Assembly: GCA_965222605.1 (NCBI GenBank)
Contig: OZ244960.1
Location: 2,528,001 to 2,592,000, forward strand
From: Candidatus Latescibacterota bacterium
GTDB lineage: Bacteria > Latescibacterota > UBA2968
Reading direction: 5' to 3'
Length of the DNA stretch: 64,000 nt
The notes under the pieces were generated by a model, which saw nothing but the letters and a program-made list of their open reading frames with translations, was not told the origin of the DNA and did not search any database. Within the stretch, counting starts at the first letter, position 1. Every line of letters begins with the position of its first letter. Made by a program: the position numbers and the translations under genes. Positions 50,551-58,591 of this stretch are shown here, one piece after another.

Positions 50551-50687
50551 GACTCTCTCTCCTTTTTTATGCGAAAGAAACTGTTCCAACCCAATTATAG
50601 GCACTTACCTATTGACAATAAAGTATAAAGTGAAGTGATGAAAACAAAAACCCGGTCTCATATTAAAACCGGGTCAAAATTCCATGC

Positions 50688-51152
50688 TCATTTCACTAAA
50701 CGCATATCGTATTCAAATTGCTCAGGTCCTCCTATCCTTATTTTTGTAAAATCGGGATGAAGAGGATTAATCAAATAATTTGTCTCTACAGGTACAATAA
50801 CGCTGGGGACAGCAAGAATCACCGAATCACCACTGTTGAACCAAGCTGTCCCTATATTTCGCGTTGAATCAGACGCTGGACAATCAGTCCAGTCTGCTGG
50901 TAAATGTGATGGTTCCAAACGAAGACACAGATGTTCATCAAATTCTATGGCAATACTTGCGTAAATACTCAAAATTTGGCTATATTCCAGATGAACGAGC
51001 ATTTCCAGTGCTGCTAATGAAAGGGAGCCGGCTGCATATACTATGGGTATGCCTTTGTGATTCCAGCGTCCGCCGTATCGTCGTGATCCTTCACCCTTGA
51101 AAGCTGAAGTTATGCGATGTGCCTGCACAATTTGCCAGGCTGTCAGCATCAT
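50688..51152 (-). CDS. RES domain toxin
   Basis: GGRWN, ALEMLVH, VPS and N.LINP.HPDF. Confidence 0.92.
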   Translation of the reverse strand: MMLTAWQIVQAHRITSAFKGEGSRRYGGRWNHKGIPIVYAAGSLSLAALEMLVHLEYSQILSIYASIAIEFDEHLCLRLEPSHLPADWTDCPASDSTRNIGTAWFNSGDSVILAVPSVIVPVETNYLINPLHPDFTKIRIGGPEQFEYDMRLVK

Positions 51153-51643
51153 GAAAATACCCCGTACTCAATTCGTCCCAGAAGGTCTTCAACTTCTCGA
51201 GCACCTGGTTCTGTATCTGCATAATCCAGTGGAGAAACACAGCCAAGAGCAGTTAATGGCGTTGCAAACCATTGACGAGCAACTTCCTGTCCTCCCAGAA
51301 CCTCTACAGCCCGATCATACAGCATACCAATACGCAGCAGTCGTTCCGATTCATCGATATGCAACCGTCCTTCTTTTTTTCGAAGTGTCAGTGTCTGTAC
51401 CGCAATTTTAGTTACAGAAGCCAGAGCTTGTTCCGAAATGCCCATAGCATTTTTCAGTGAGTCAAATGTCGCTACTGGCAATCCTTTTTTTATTGCTGCA
51501 ATCATTTCAGATCGATTTTGAAAACGCCACCCCGCCGGTGTCGCATAAGTCGTGGTCTGCCCTTCTGCGATAACCGAAGCACCATCTGCTGTTCGAAATC
51601 CCGTTGATGTCCACCTCCAGACTTTCAATTGTTGAGTTTTCAT
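51149..51643 (-). CDS. Xre/MbcA/ParS antitoxin
   Basis: GLP, ESERL.R, W...P..ALG..SP and LGRIEYGVFS. Confidence 0.92.
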   Translation of the reverse strand: MKTQQLKVWRWTSTGFRTADGASVIAEGQTTTYATPAGWRFQNRSEMIAAIKKGLPVATFDSLKNAMGISEQALASVTKIAVQTLTLRKKEGRLHIDESERLLRIGMLYDRAVEVLGGQEVARQWFATPLTALGCVSPLDYADTEPGAREVEDLLGRIEYGVFS

Positions 51644-51691
51644 ATATCCTCCTTTGTCTTATGTCTGAGAAGTATGCACCTCAAATATAGT

Positions 51692-51868
51692 ATGGATAAT
51701 TTTATGCAAAAGTACATTTATTGGCAAGATGATCTGATGTTTCTCGGATACCTTGAAGACTATCCCGACTACTGGACGCAAGGCGAAACCATAGAAGAAT
51801 TAAAAGAAAATCTGGTCGATATATATAAAGAACTTACGGGTGGTACCTTGTCCGCTGTATCACCGTGA
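51692..51868 (+). CDS. Short HicB-like antitoxin (orphan, possibly truncated)
   Basis: YWQD...LGYLEDYPDYWTQGET.EEL.ENL. Confidence 0.7.
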   Translation: MDNFMQKYIYWQDDLMFLGYLEDYPDYWTQGETIEELKENLVDIYKELTGGTLSAVSP

Positions 51869-51875
51869 TCCGTAT

Positions 51876-52703
51876 TCATTCAAATTCTCTCGCTGCCCAA
51901 TCAGCAGCATCCTGTACCACTTCCTCTAACAGTTTACGGCTTCGTGCCAGGTGGCCCTTTTGCGCCCGCATAGTCGGTTGCCTGGCATCCTGATAGCGCC
52001 AATCGCAACTCCACCGAATCGCGTTTGATGTATTTGGCAGCCCGCGGTGAAACAGAAGATTGTGGAACAAAACCACATCTCCCGGATCCAGTTCAATTGG
52101 CACGGCTTCACCAGCATAGCGATTCAAGTGACTCTCGGAAATCTCCAGATAGTATTCTCGTTTCTCATGCGGAACCACGCCCAGGCGATGCGTACCCGGG
52201 ACAAATTCCATACACCCATTTTTAACCCGAACCGGCACCAGAGGTGCCCAGACATTGATCATCTTCAGATCTTTAACACCCATACCGCCACCCGCGGTAT
52301 AACCCCCATCTTGATGCCACAAAACCTCCGTACCTTTCCATTCGGGAAATTTTGGTCGCACAGTGTAATTTGGATACAGCCGAATTTCCCACCCTAAAAA
52401 CAACTCGACAACGTCCAGAAGGCGTGGATAAAAAAACAGCCCGAACATCCCGGGCAAATGCAACTCGCTGCGAAACGATTTGGGCGCATCATCCATATTA
52501 TCTTCAAAGAACCGAAAAAATCGCGTCTCAAACGGCTCAAACGCAAACCGATCCTGTATTTTCTTATTCGCAAAAAGAACATCAGCCGTTTGATTGACCA
52601 GCAATTCTAATTCAGATCGAACCCCATCGAGCACATCAAACTCAAAGATACCCTTGAGTATCACATAACCCTGAGCTTCAAATTGTTCCTGTAATGCGCG
52701 CAT
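51876..52703 (-). CDS. PhyH-family dioxygenase, canonical HxD (start uncertain)
   Basis: LWHQD, NGCM..VPGTH, FHRG and RWS.D.RY. Confidence 0.88.
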   Translation of the reverse strand: MRALQEQFEAQGYVILKGIFEFDVLDGVRSELELLVNQTADVLFANKKIQDRFAFEPFETRFFRFFEDNMDDAPKSFRSELHLPGMFGLFFYPRLLDVVELFLGWEIRLYPNYTVRPKFPEWKGTEVLWHQDGGYTAGGGMGVKDLKMINVWAPLVPVRVKNGCMEFVPGTHRLGVVPHEKREYYLEISESHLNRYAGEAVPIELDPGDVVLFHNLLFHRGLPNTSNAIRWSCDWRYQDARQPTMRAQKGHLARSRKLLEEVVQDAADWAAREFE

Positions 52704-52805
52704 GTCAACCGTGCAGTCAAGGGTCCAATATGCTTTGTGGAAATCAACGAGCATGTAGTCCGGATTGTAGAGATCAAAGAGAGTGGCGTTGGAATATGCG
52801 GTGGA
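52704..52805 (-). pseudogene. Degenerate remnant resembling an MmeI-family (type IIL) restriction-modification C-terminus
   Basis: AYSNATLFDLYNPDYM..DFHKAY.TLD.TVD resembles the remembered ATLADLYDP..MP..L.KAH..LD.AVD motif. Confidence 0.5.
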
Positions 52806-52913
52806 GGAGAGCGACAAGGACAGAGGAGAAATTTCAATAGGTATCAGAACGGTATTACAATGACCTAATAGAGGTTTGTCACTCGCAGAGATAGATAAAC
52901 TGACGCAACTTTC

Positions 52914-53042
52914 TCATCTGTTTCTCTTTCTTTTTAGATAGTCATTGTAGTAACGCCGCCGAGTCTCAATGATCGTGCGAATCGCCACATATAACGTGAT
53001 CAGAGCCAAAAGTATTGTAACTGCGAGAAGAATGCTATTCAT
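52914..53042 (-). CDS. 42 aa single-pass membrane protein
   Basis: MNSILLAVTILLALITLYVAIRTIIETRRRYYNDYLKRKRNR; GAGGAG RBS; below the ORF-track cutoff. Confidence 0.55.
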   Translation of the reverse strand: MNSILLAVTILLALITLYVAIRTIIETRRRYYNDYLKRKRNR

Positions 53043-53046
53043 AACG

Positions 53047-53274
53047 TCACTCCTCTGATGTCTGGGCAACCGCTATTCGGTTCCAGATTGCATAGCTATA
53101 TGCGACAGAGCCCAAAGAGAGAGCAAGGTTTGCTCCCAGAACGTAGTTACGTTCAAAAACACCCTCCCGAAGCTCTTGAAAGCATGTAATTGCAAATAGA
53201 GCAGCAAATATCACGATCAAGAGTAATGAAAAACCTATAAAAGGAATTATAACAGACTTTTTAAACTTAAGCAA
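53047..53274 (-). CDS. Small two-TM membrane protein, possibly a 5' truncated remnant
   Basis: AT-rich; the frame stays open upstream to the previous gene's stop. Confidence 0.4.
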   Translation of the reverse strand: MLKFKKSVIIPFIGFSLLLIVIFAALFAITCFQELREGVFERNYVLGANLALSLGSVAYSYAIWNRIAVAQTSEE

Positions 53275-53314
53275 GTCCTGACGATATTTTTTTTCACGTA
53301 AAAATGCTCTGGCC

Positions 53315-53707
53315 CTATTTATTCAGATAAACGGTAATCTCTGCATCATTTTCATCCACGATTGCATTGGCGAATTGGGCGGTCAGGCCAGTGCCAGAAA
53401 TGTTCACCGCCCCATCGTCAGACACCACATCTAATGCATCAAGTCCCGCAATCTCGACAATACTACTACCAATTACCGCTGGATAGCGTCCGTTGTACAC
53501 AAGCACATCGCATTCACCAACTCGCATCTCCTCAAAACCTTCTGGAACCCCCGAATATCGAAAAAGGTAGGTATCGTCACCATCATAAAAAACCAGAGGA
53601 ATCGCGAGCGGATCAAAACCCGGCCACAATTCACCTTGTGCAACCAGTCGCTCAATCTCACGCGCCAAATCTGATATATGTCCCCTATCCTTAAAAACGG
53701 ACATCAA
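53315..53707 (-). CDS. Hypothetical protein, probably internally deleted
   Basis: GGGAG RBS; LWPGFDP..IPL..YDG N-terminus joined to a short beta-rich tail. Confidence 0.45.
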   Translation of the reverse strand: MMSVFKDRGHISDLAREIERLVAQGELWPGFDPLAIPLVFYDGDDTYLFRYSGVPEGFEEMRVGECDVLVYNGRYPAVIGSSIVEIAGLDALDVVSDDGAVNISGTGLTAQFANAIVDENDAEITVYLNK

Positions 53708-53745
53708 ACAGCTACTCCCTTTCCTTTGTGCGTAAGCGTGGCATT

Positions 53746-53768
53746 CGCGGCAGGGATGCCGCTCCTAC
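53746..53768. repeat. GTAG-type REP overlapping the queF stop codon
   Basis: Minus strand GTAGGAGCGGCATCCCTGCCGCG. Confidence 0.6.
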
Positions 53769-54148
53769 GGATTATTTTCTCTACTCTCACTACTCCTCGC
53801 CCCCTCATCTGACTGCTGATACGACGCCGTAATCTCGTGATCTACGCCACCGCGAATATTGAAACGGCTAATCACCTCCATCTCAACCGGATCGCACAGA
53901 TCTACCAGATCGTTTAAAATCTGATTCGTCACAGGCTCCATATAAATCCCCTCATTCCGAAACGACCAGAAATAGTGCTTCAGCGACCGCAACTCCACAC
54001 ATCGCGGACCCGGAACATACCAAATCACAATCGTCGCAAAATCCGGCTGTCCCGTCTTGGGACACAGCGACGTAAACTCCGGAAACGTAAACTCAATCGT
54101 ATAACGCCGCTCCGGATTGGGATTATCAAACGCCTCTAACACACTCAT
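53765..54148 (-). CDS. queF: QueF type 1 (unimodular) preQ0 reductase-like protein, catalytic Cys/Asp present
   Basis: [26 protein letters not shown] and FNIRGG. Confidence 0.88.
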   Translation of the reverse strand: MSVLEAFDNPNPERRYTIEFTFPEFTSLCPKTGQPDFATIVIWYVPGPRCVELRSLKHYFWSFRNEGIYMEPVTNQILNDLVDLCDPVEMEVISRFNIRGGVDHEITASYQQSDEGARSSESRENNP

Positions 54149-54489
54149 ACCTCATCCTCGCGCTCATACGCCACAGACACGCGCGTCACAATACCCCCCC
54201 GCACCGCAAACTCCCCCGTCACATCTAACGCCACAGGATCGCACGCCCGCACAAAATCATCCACAATCTTATTAACCGCCCCCTCGTAATACACCCTCTC
54301 ATCCCGAAACGCCCCCAAATACCGCTTCAACGACATCTGCTCCACACACATAGCCCGCGGCACATAAGAAAACGAAACCGTCGCAAAAATCGGCTGCCCC
54401 GTCACCGCGTACAACGCCGTAAACTCCGACGTCTCAAATTCAATCGTATAAGCCCGCTCGCGCTCGGGATTTTTAACGCACTCTAACAT
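54145..54489 (-). CDS. QueF-like paralog lacking the catalytic Cys/Asp
   Basis: [26 protein letters not shown] and FAVRGGI; ATGA overlap with queF. Confidence 0.85.
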   Translation of the reverse strand: MLECVKNPERERAYTIEFETSEFTALYAVTGQPIFATVSFSYVPRAMCVEQMSLKRYLGAFRDERVYYEGAVNKIVDDFVRACDPVALDVTGEFAVRGGIVTRVSVAYEREDEV

Positions 54490-54493
54490 AATA

Positions 54494-55660
54494 TCACTCA
54501 AACGGCACCACACTCGCGCCCACCGGATCGGGATTCGTAGGCCGAATTGGCATCTCCTCATAAGACTGATAAGCCACATCCAAATGCGGCGTCTCAACCC
54601 GTCTATACCCCTCATACCGCGAATCTATCAACGCCTCCAGCGCACCAGAAATCAACAACGTGCGCTCAACCGGATACTGCGGTCGCCCTGTCAAAAACAT
54701 CTGCTGAATATTCAAACTCAAATAACTAAAATGCGCATGCGGATTATCCGGCAAAAAAACGCGCATATTATCGACCTCACCCCCGCGCCGCGCCGCAAAA
54801 CCCCACCCCCGCGTGTACCCATTCAACATAAACGTCGCCGCCTTCAACCCATCTGCATACTCCAGCAAAAAAACAGCCGGATTCTCGCAATGCTCGCGCA
54901 CATCGCCATCTTCTTTCGCCTCAATATGCTCTACCGCTGCCGCGTACAAATCGCGATCCCACGCATCCGACGCCCAAACATCATCCCCCTCCAAACACTG
55001 CACCGCCGCAATCCCCGTCTCCCCTCCCGCGCGGCGCTCAACCATACACTGCAGCGTCTCCAGCGCGTGAAAACCATAAGAATCCAACCCACCAAAAGCC
55101 ACCGACATCGCCGTCTCAATCTCCGTATCCAAATCATACTCAAGCCACGGCTTGCGCCATGCAAGTGGCAGAGACGATCCCGCCATAAACGGCACCTCCA
55201 GCTCCCGCGCGCGATCGCACATCCACTTCGCATCGTGCCAATTATACGAAAGATGCTTATCGCTAAACACCGGAACAGACCGCCCCGACGACGCGAACAC
55301 CCCGCAAATCTGTTCAAAAAAATACTTGCGCGGATACATATGTTGCTCCTTCTCATTCCAGGGATAATCGCCGTGCTCGCCAATCAGCAACACCCCATCC
55401 ACCGCCAGCTTATCACCACCCAATGTCAAAGCCTGATTAATACTCCCGTACATCGGCACACCGAATTCCTCTGCAATCGCGCACCCGATATCATCTCCGA
55501 AATGCACCTGATCCAGATACATCGACACCACATCCACCTCTGGCGAAAGCAACCCGTCATCGGTTGGAAACCCCTTCAAAAACTTCGTCACAATCACATC
55601 GGCATGTGACCGCGGAAAATACGACGTAATCACCGCTGCAATTTTCTTTCGATCAGCCAT
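54494..55660 (-). CDS. Conserved hypothetical Gfo/Idh-like oxidoreductase
   Basis: SHADVI, DGVLLIGEHGDYP, FSDKHL, MAGSSLP and YGFHALE. Confidence 0.75.
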   Translation of the reverse strand: MADRKKIAAVITSYFPRSHADVIVTKFLKGFPTDDGLLSPEVDVVSMYLDQVHFGDDIGCAIAEEFGVPMYGSINQALTLGGDKLAVDGVLLIGEHGDYPWNEKEQHMYPRKYFFEQICGVFASSGRSVPVFSDKHLSYNWHDAKWMCDRARELEVPFMAGSSLPLAWRKPWLEYDLDTEIETAMSVAFGGLDSYGFHALETLQCMVERRAGGETGIAAVQCLEGDDVWASDAWDRDLYAAAVEHIEAKEDGDVREHCENPAVFLLEYADGLKAATFMLNGYTRGWGFAARRGGEVDNMRVFLPDNPHAHFSYLSLNIQQMFLTGRPQYPVERTLLISGALEALIDSRYEGYRRVETPHLDVAYQSYEEMPIRPTNPDPVGASVVPFE

Positions 55661-55813
55661 GGCTTCTTCCTCCAATTGCGTAATGTCCCGGTATAGTCGT
55701 AAATTATATCACAATTTGAGAAAAACCAATCTAAATATTCTTAATCATCTCATCCAAAATTTGGTATCTTAAAGCGTCCAAAACACACTTTAACCTTTAC
55801 CAGGAGGAATCTC

Positions 55814-56419
55814 TTGACAGAAGTCAAAGCCACCAACATCGTCTGGCACGAAGGCCATGTCACGCGCAAACAGCGCGAAGACCTGCTCGAACAAAAAGGC
55901 ACACTCATCTGGCTCACCGGACTGCCCAGCTCGGGCAAAAGCACAATAGCATTCACCGTAGAACACGCCCTGATCGAACGCGGGCGCATGGCCTACGTAC
56001 TCGACGGCGACAACATCCGCCACGGCCTCAACAAAAACCTCGGCTTCTCAGCCGAAGACCGCGCTGAAAACATCCGCCGCATCGGCGAAGTCGGCAAACT
56101 CTTTGCCGACGCTGGCATCATCACCCTGTCCAGCTTTGTAAGCCCCTATCGCGTTGACCGCGACGGCGTGCGCGAACTCATGGAAGACAAAAACTTCATC
56201 GAAGTATTCATCAACACCCCCCTCGACGTATGTGAAGAACGCGATCCCAAGGGCATGTACAAAAAAGCGCGCACAGGTGAAATACCCAACTTTACAGGCA
56301 TCTCCGACCCTTATGAACCACCAGAAAACCCCGAACTTGTCATACACACCGTTGACAGCACCCCACAAGAGGCCACATTGCAAATCATCTCCCTACTCGA
56401 AGCGCGCGGAAACATATAG
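55814..56419 (+). CDS. cysC: Adenylyl-sulfate kinase
   Basis: WLTGL.SSGKST, LDGDNIR, RDPKG.Y and FTGI.DPYE; AGGAGG RBS. Confidence 0.96.
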   Translation: MTEVKATNIVWHEGHVTRKQREDLLEQKGTLIWLTGLPSSGKSTIAFTVEHALIERGRMAYVLDGDNIRHGLNKNLGFSAEDRAENIRRIGEVGKLFADAGIITLSSFVSPYRVDRDGVRELMEDKNFIEVFINTPLDVCEERDPKGMYKKARTGEIPNFTGISDPYEPPENPELVIHTVDSTPQEATLQIISLLEARGNI

Positions 56420-56539
56420 AAATGCCCATCATCGACCTCACCATGCCAATTGCAGACCACTTTCGCTGGCCTGTTGAGCGCAGTCTCAAAAGCAGTTTTG
56501 AAACGGGTGATACATTCCAAACACTCTCGGGAAACCACC

Positions 56540-57904
56540 ATGATCTATCACCAACTCTTTGCCCAAATTGACCGCACCGTACGCGTTGGCGTCATAGGCA
56601 CCGGACAATACGCCACAGCCCTCGTCACACAATCGCGCGTAGTCAATCAACTCGACGTACCCGTCGTCTGCGACACAAATCCAGACGCAGCCCAAAATGC
56701 TTATGATCGCGCGGGACTCGACTCCGACAAAACCATCATCTGCGACACCACCACACAGGCAGCCGAAGCCATAGAACAGGGCAAACACGTCATACTCACC
56801 GACGCCATGCAAATGATGGACCTGCCGCTCGACGTCATAGTCGAATCCACAGGCGTTCCCAGTGCAGGCGCGAAACACGGCATGGAAGCCATACGACACG
56901 GCAAACACGTCGCCATGGTATCCAAAGAAACCGACGTCACCGTCGGACCCATCCTCAAACACCTCGCAGACAAAGCCGGACTCGTCTATACCGCTGTTGA
57001 CGGCGACCAACACGGCCTGCTCATGGGCCTTGTGCAGTGGGCGCGCGGCCTGGGCCTCGAAGTACTCTGCGGAGGCAAATCACTGGACTCCGACCGCGTT
57101 TACGACCCGCAAACCAATGCCATAGTATGGTCCCGGGGCAAAATCCAAATCCCGGACGAACGCGTATTCTCTGCCCAAAATCCCTCTGCTTATATTGCAC
57201 AACGCCGCCAAATCATGGGCGAACTCGGCGCCAGCGCCGGTTACGACGTCACCGAACTGACCATCGCCGCCAATGCCACCGGTCTAATCCCCGATATAGA
57301 CACCCTGCACACACCCGTAGTCCGCACCGTTGAAATACCCGAAGTCCTCGCACCCAAAGAAGACGGCGGCATCTTATCCCATCGCGGCGTCATCGACTGC
57401 GTCTCCTGCCTGCGCCAGGCAAACGAACCCGGCCTCGGCGGCGGCGTCTTCATCGTCGTCGCCTGTGAAAACGACTACTCTCGCCACATCCTCACCACCA
57501 AAGGACTCATCGCCAACAAAAAAGGCACCACAGCCCTCATCTACCGCCCCTATCACCTCTGCGGCGTCGAAACACCCATCACCACACTCGTCGCCGGCCT
57601 CTTAAACCTGCCCACAGGCACCACCGACTACCGCTCGTCCTTTGACGTTGTAGGCCGTGCAAAAGAACACCTCAAAGCCGGCGACCAGATCGGCACGGAC
57701 CACAGCAGAAATATCGAATACCTCATGCGTCCCGCGCTACCCGTCGCGCCCGACAATCCCCTTCCCTTTCACATGGCCAACGGCAATACGCTAAGTCGGG
57801 ACATCCCCGCTGGCGCGTTCATCACTGCAAACGCGATACAATCAAAAGACAACGACCCCCTCTGGACACTTCGCAAAGAACAGGACGCCCATTTTCTTCG
57901 GTAA
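56540..57904 (+). CDS. Homoserine dehydrogenase-like NAD(P) oxidoreductase with C-terminal SAF domain
   Basis: GVIGTG, VESTG, DGDQ, ANATGL and RPYHLCG. Confidence 0.85.
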   Translation: MIYHQLFAQIDRTVRVGVIGTGQYATALVTQSRVVNQLDVPVVCDTNPDAAQNAYDRAGLDSDKTIICDTTTQAAEAIEQGKHVILTDAMQMMDLPLDVIVESTGVPSAGAKHGMEAIRHGKHVAMVSKETDVTVGPILKHLADKAGLVYTAVDGDQHGLLMGLVQWARGLGLEVLCGGKSLDSDRVYDPQTNAIVWSRGKIQIPDERVFSAQNPSAYIAQRRQIMGELGASAGYDVTELTIAANATGLIPDIDTLHTPVVRTVEIPEVLAPKEDGGILSHRGVIDCVSCLRQANEPGLGGGVFIVVACENDYSRHILTTKGLIANKKGTTALIYRPYHLCGVETPITTLVAGLLNLPTGTTDYRSSFDVVGRAKEHLKAGDQIGTDHSRNIEYLMRPALPVAPDNPLPFHMANGNTLSRDIPAGAFITANAIQSKDNDPLWTLRKEQDAHFLR

Positions 57905-57926
57905 TCTCGCCCTACGTTATAAAAAA

Positions 57927-57967
57927 TAAAAACCGGATACATCACAAAGATGTACCCGGTTTTTTTC
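57927..57967. terminator. Bidirectional intrinsic terminator
   Basis: AAAACCGGATACATC...GATGTACCCGGTTTTT. Confidence 0.75.
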
Positions 57968-57985
57968 TGACATCATCGGATCTAT

Positions 57986-58591
57986 TCACCAAATTTCATC
58001 CAGATCCAGTTCAAATCCTCGCAAGACAGGATCTCCAGAAATGCGCGAGGGCTTCTCCAATTCTTCTATGGACAATCCAGAGCGATACACATAAACGCGC
58101 TGTGTATAGGGACCAATCAACCAACCCAAACCAAGGCCATTATCGAGATACTCCTGCATCTTTTCCTGCAATGGACTCAACGGATCACTTTCCGAACGCA
58201 ATTCAATGACAAAATCGGGACATAATGGGATAAACTTGCGTCGGTCTTCTAAAGACAATGCGTTGAGCCGCGTATGTTCAATCCATGCGGCATCGGGCGA
58301 CCGCACTGCCCCATTGGGCAACCGAAACCCACCTGACGAATCAAAATTCGCACCCGTACCATTCCTTTTTGCCCAAATTCGCAGCTGCATGGTAATCTCT
58401 GCATTGCGCTCGCTCGTCTCACCGCCTGCTGGTGGCATAACAATTACATCCCCCTGAGCATTGCGCTCAATACAAATATCGCGGTTGAGTTGACAGAACG
58501 CATAAAATTTCTCATCGCTCACGTCAAGCACCGGCTGAAAATGCAAGACAGTTTCCATATCCACGATCTCCATGCCATCTATGCTAATCAT
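57986..58591 (-). CDS. Uma2 family endonuclease
   Basis: [29 protein letters not shown] and KMQEY. Confidence 0.9.
   Translation of the reverse strand: MISIDGMEIVDMETVLHFQPVLDVSDEKFYAFCQLNRDICIERNAQGDVIVMPPAGGETSERNAEITMQLRIWAKRNGTGANFDSSGGFRLPNGAVRSPDAAWIEHTRLNALSLEDRRKFIPLCPDFVIELRSESDPLSPLQEKMQEYLDNGLGLGWLIGPYTQRVYVYRSGLSIEELEKPSRISGDPVLRGFELDLDEIW

Noticed and set aside
54490-55810. preQ1 riboswitch for the queF pair
   Set aside because: The pair starts 4 nt after the upstream gene, and I see no preQ1-like motif in 55661-55810; an Rfam scan was not run
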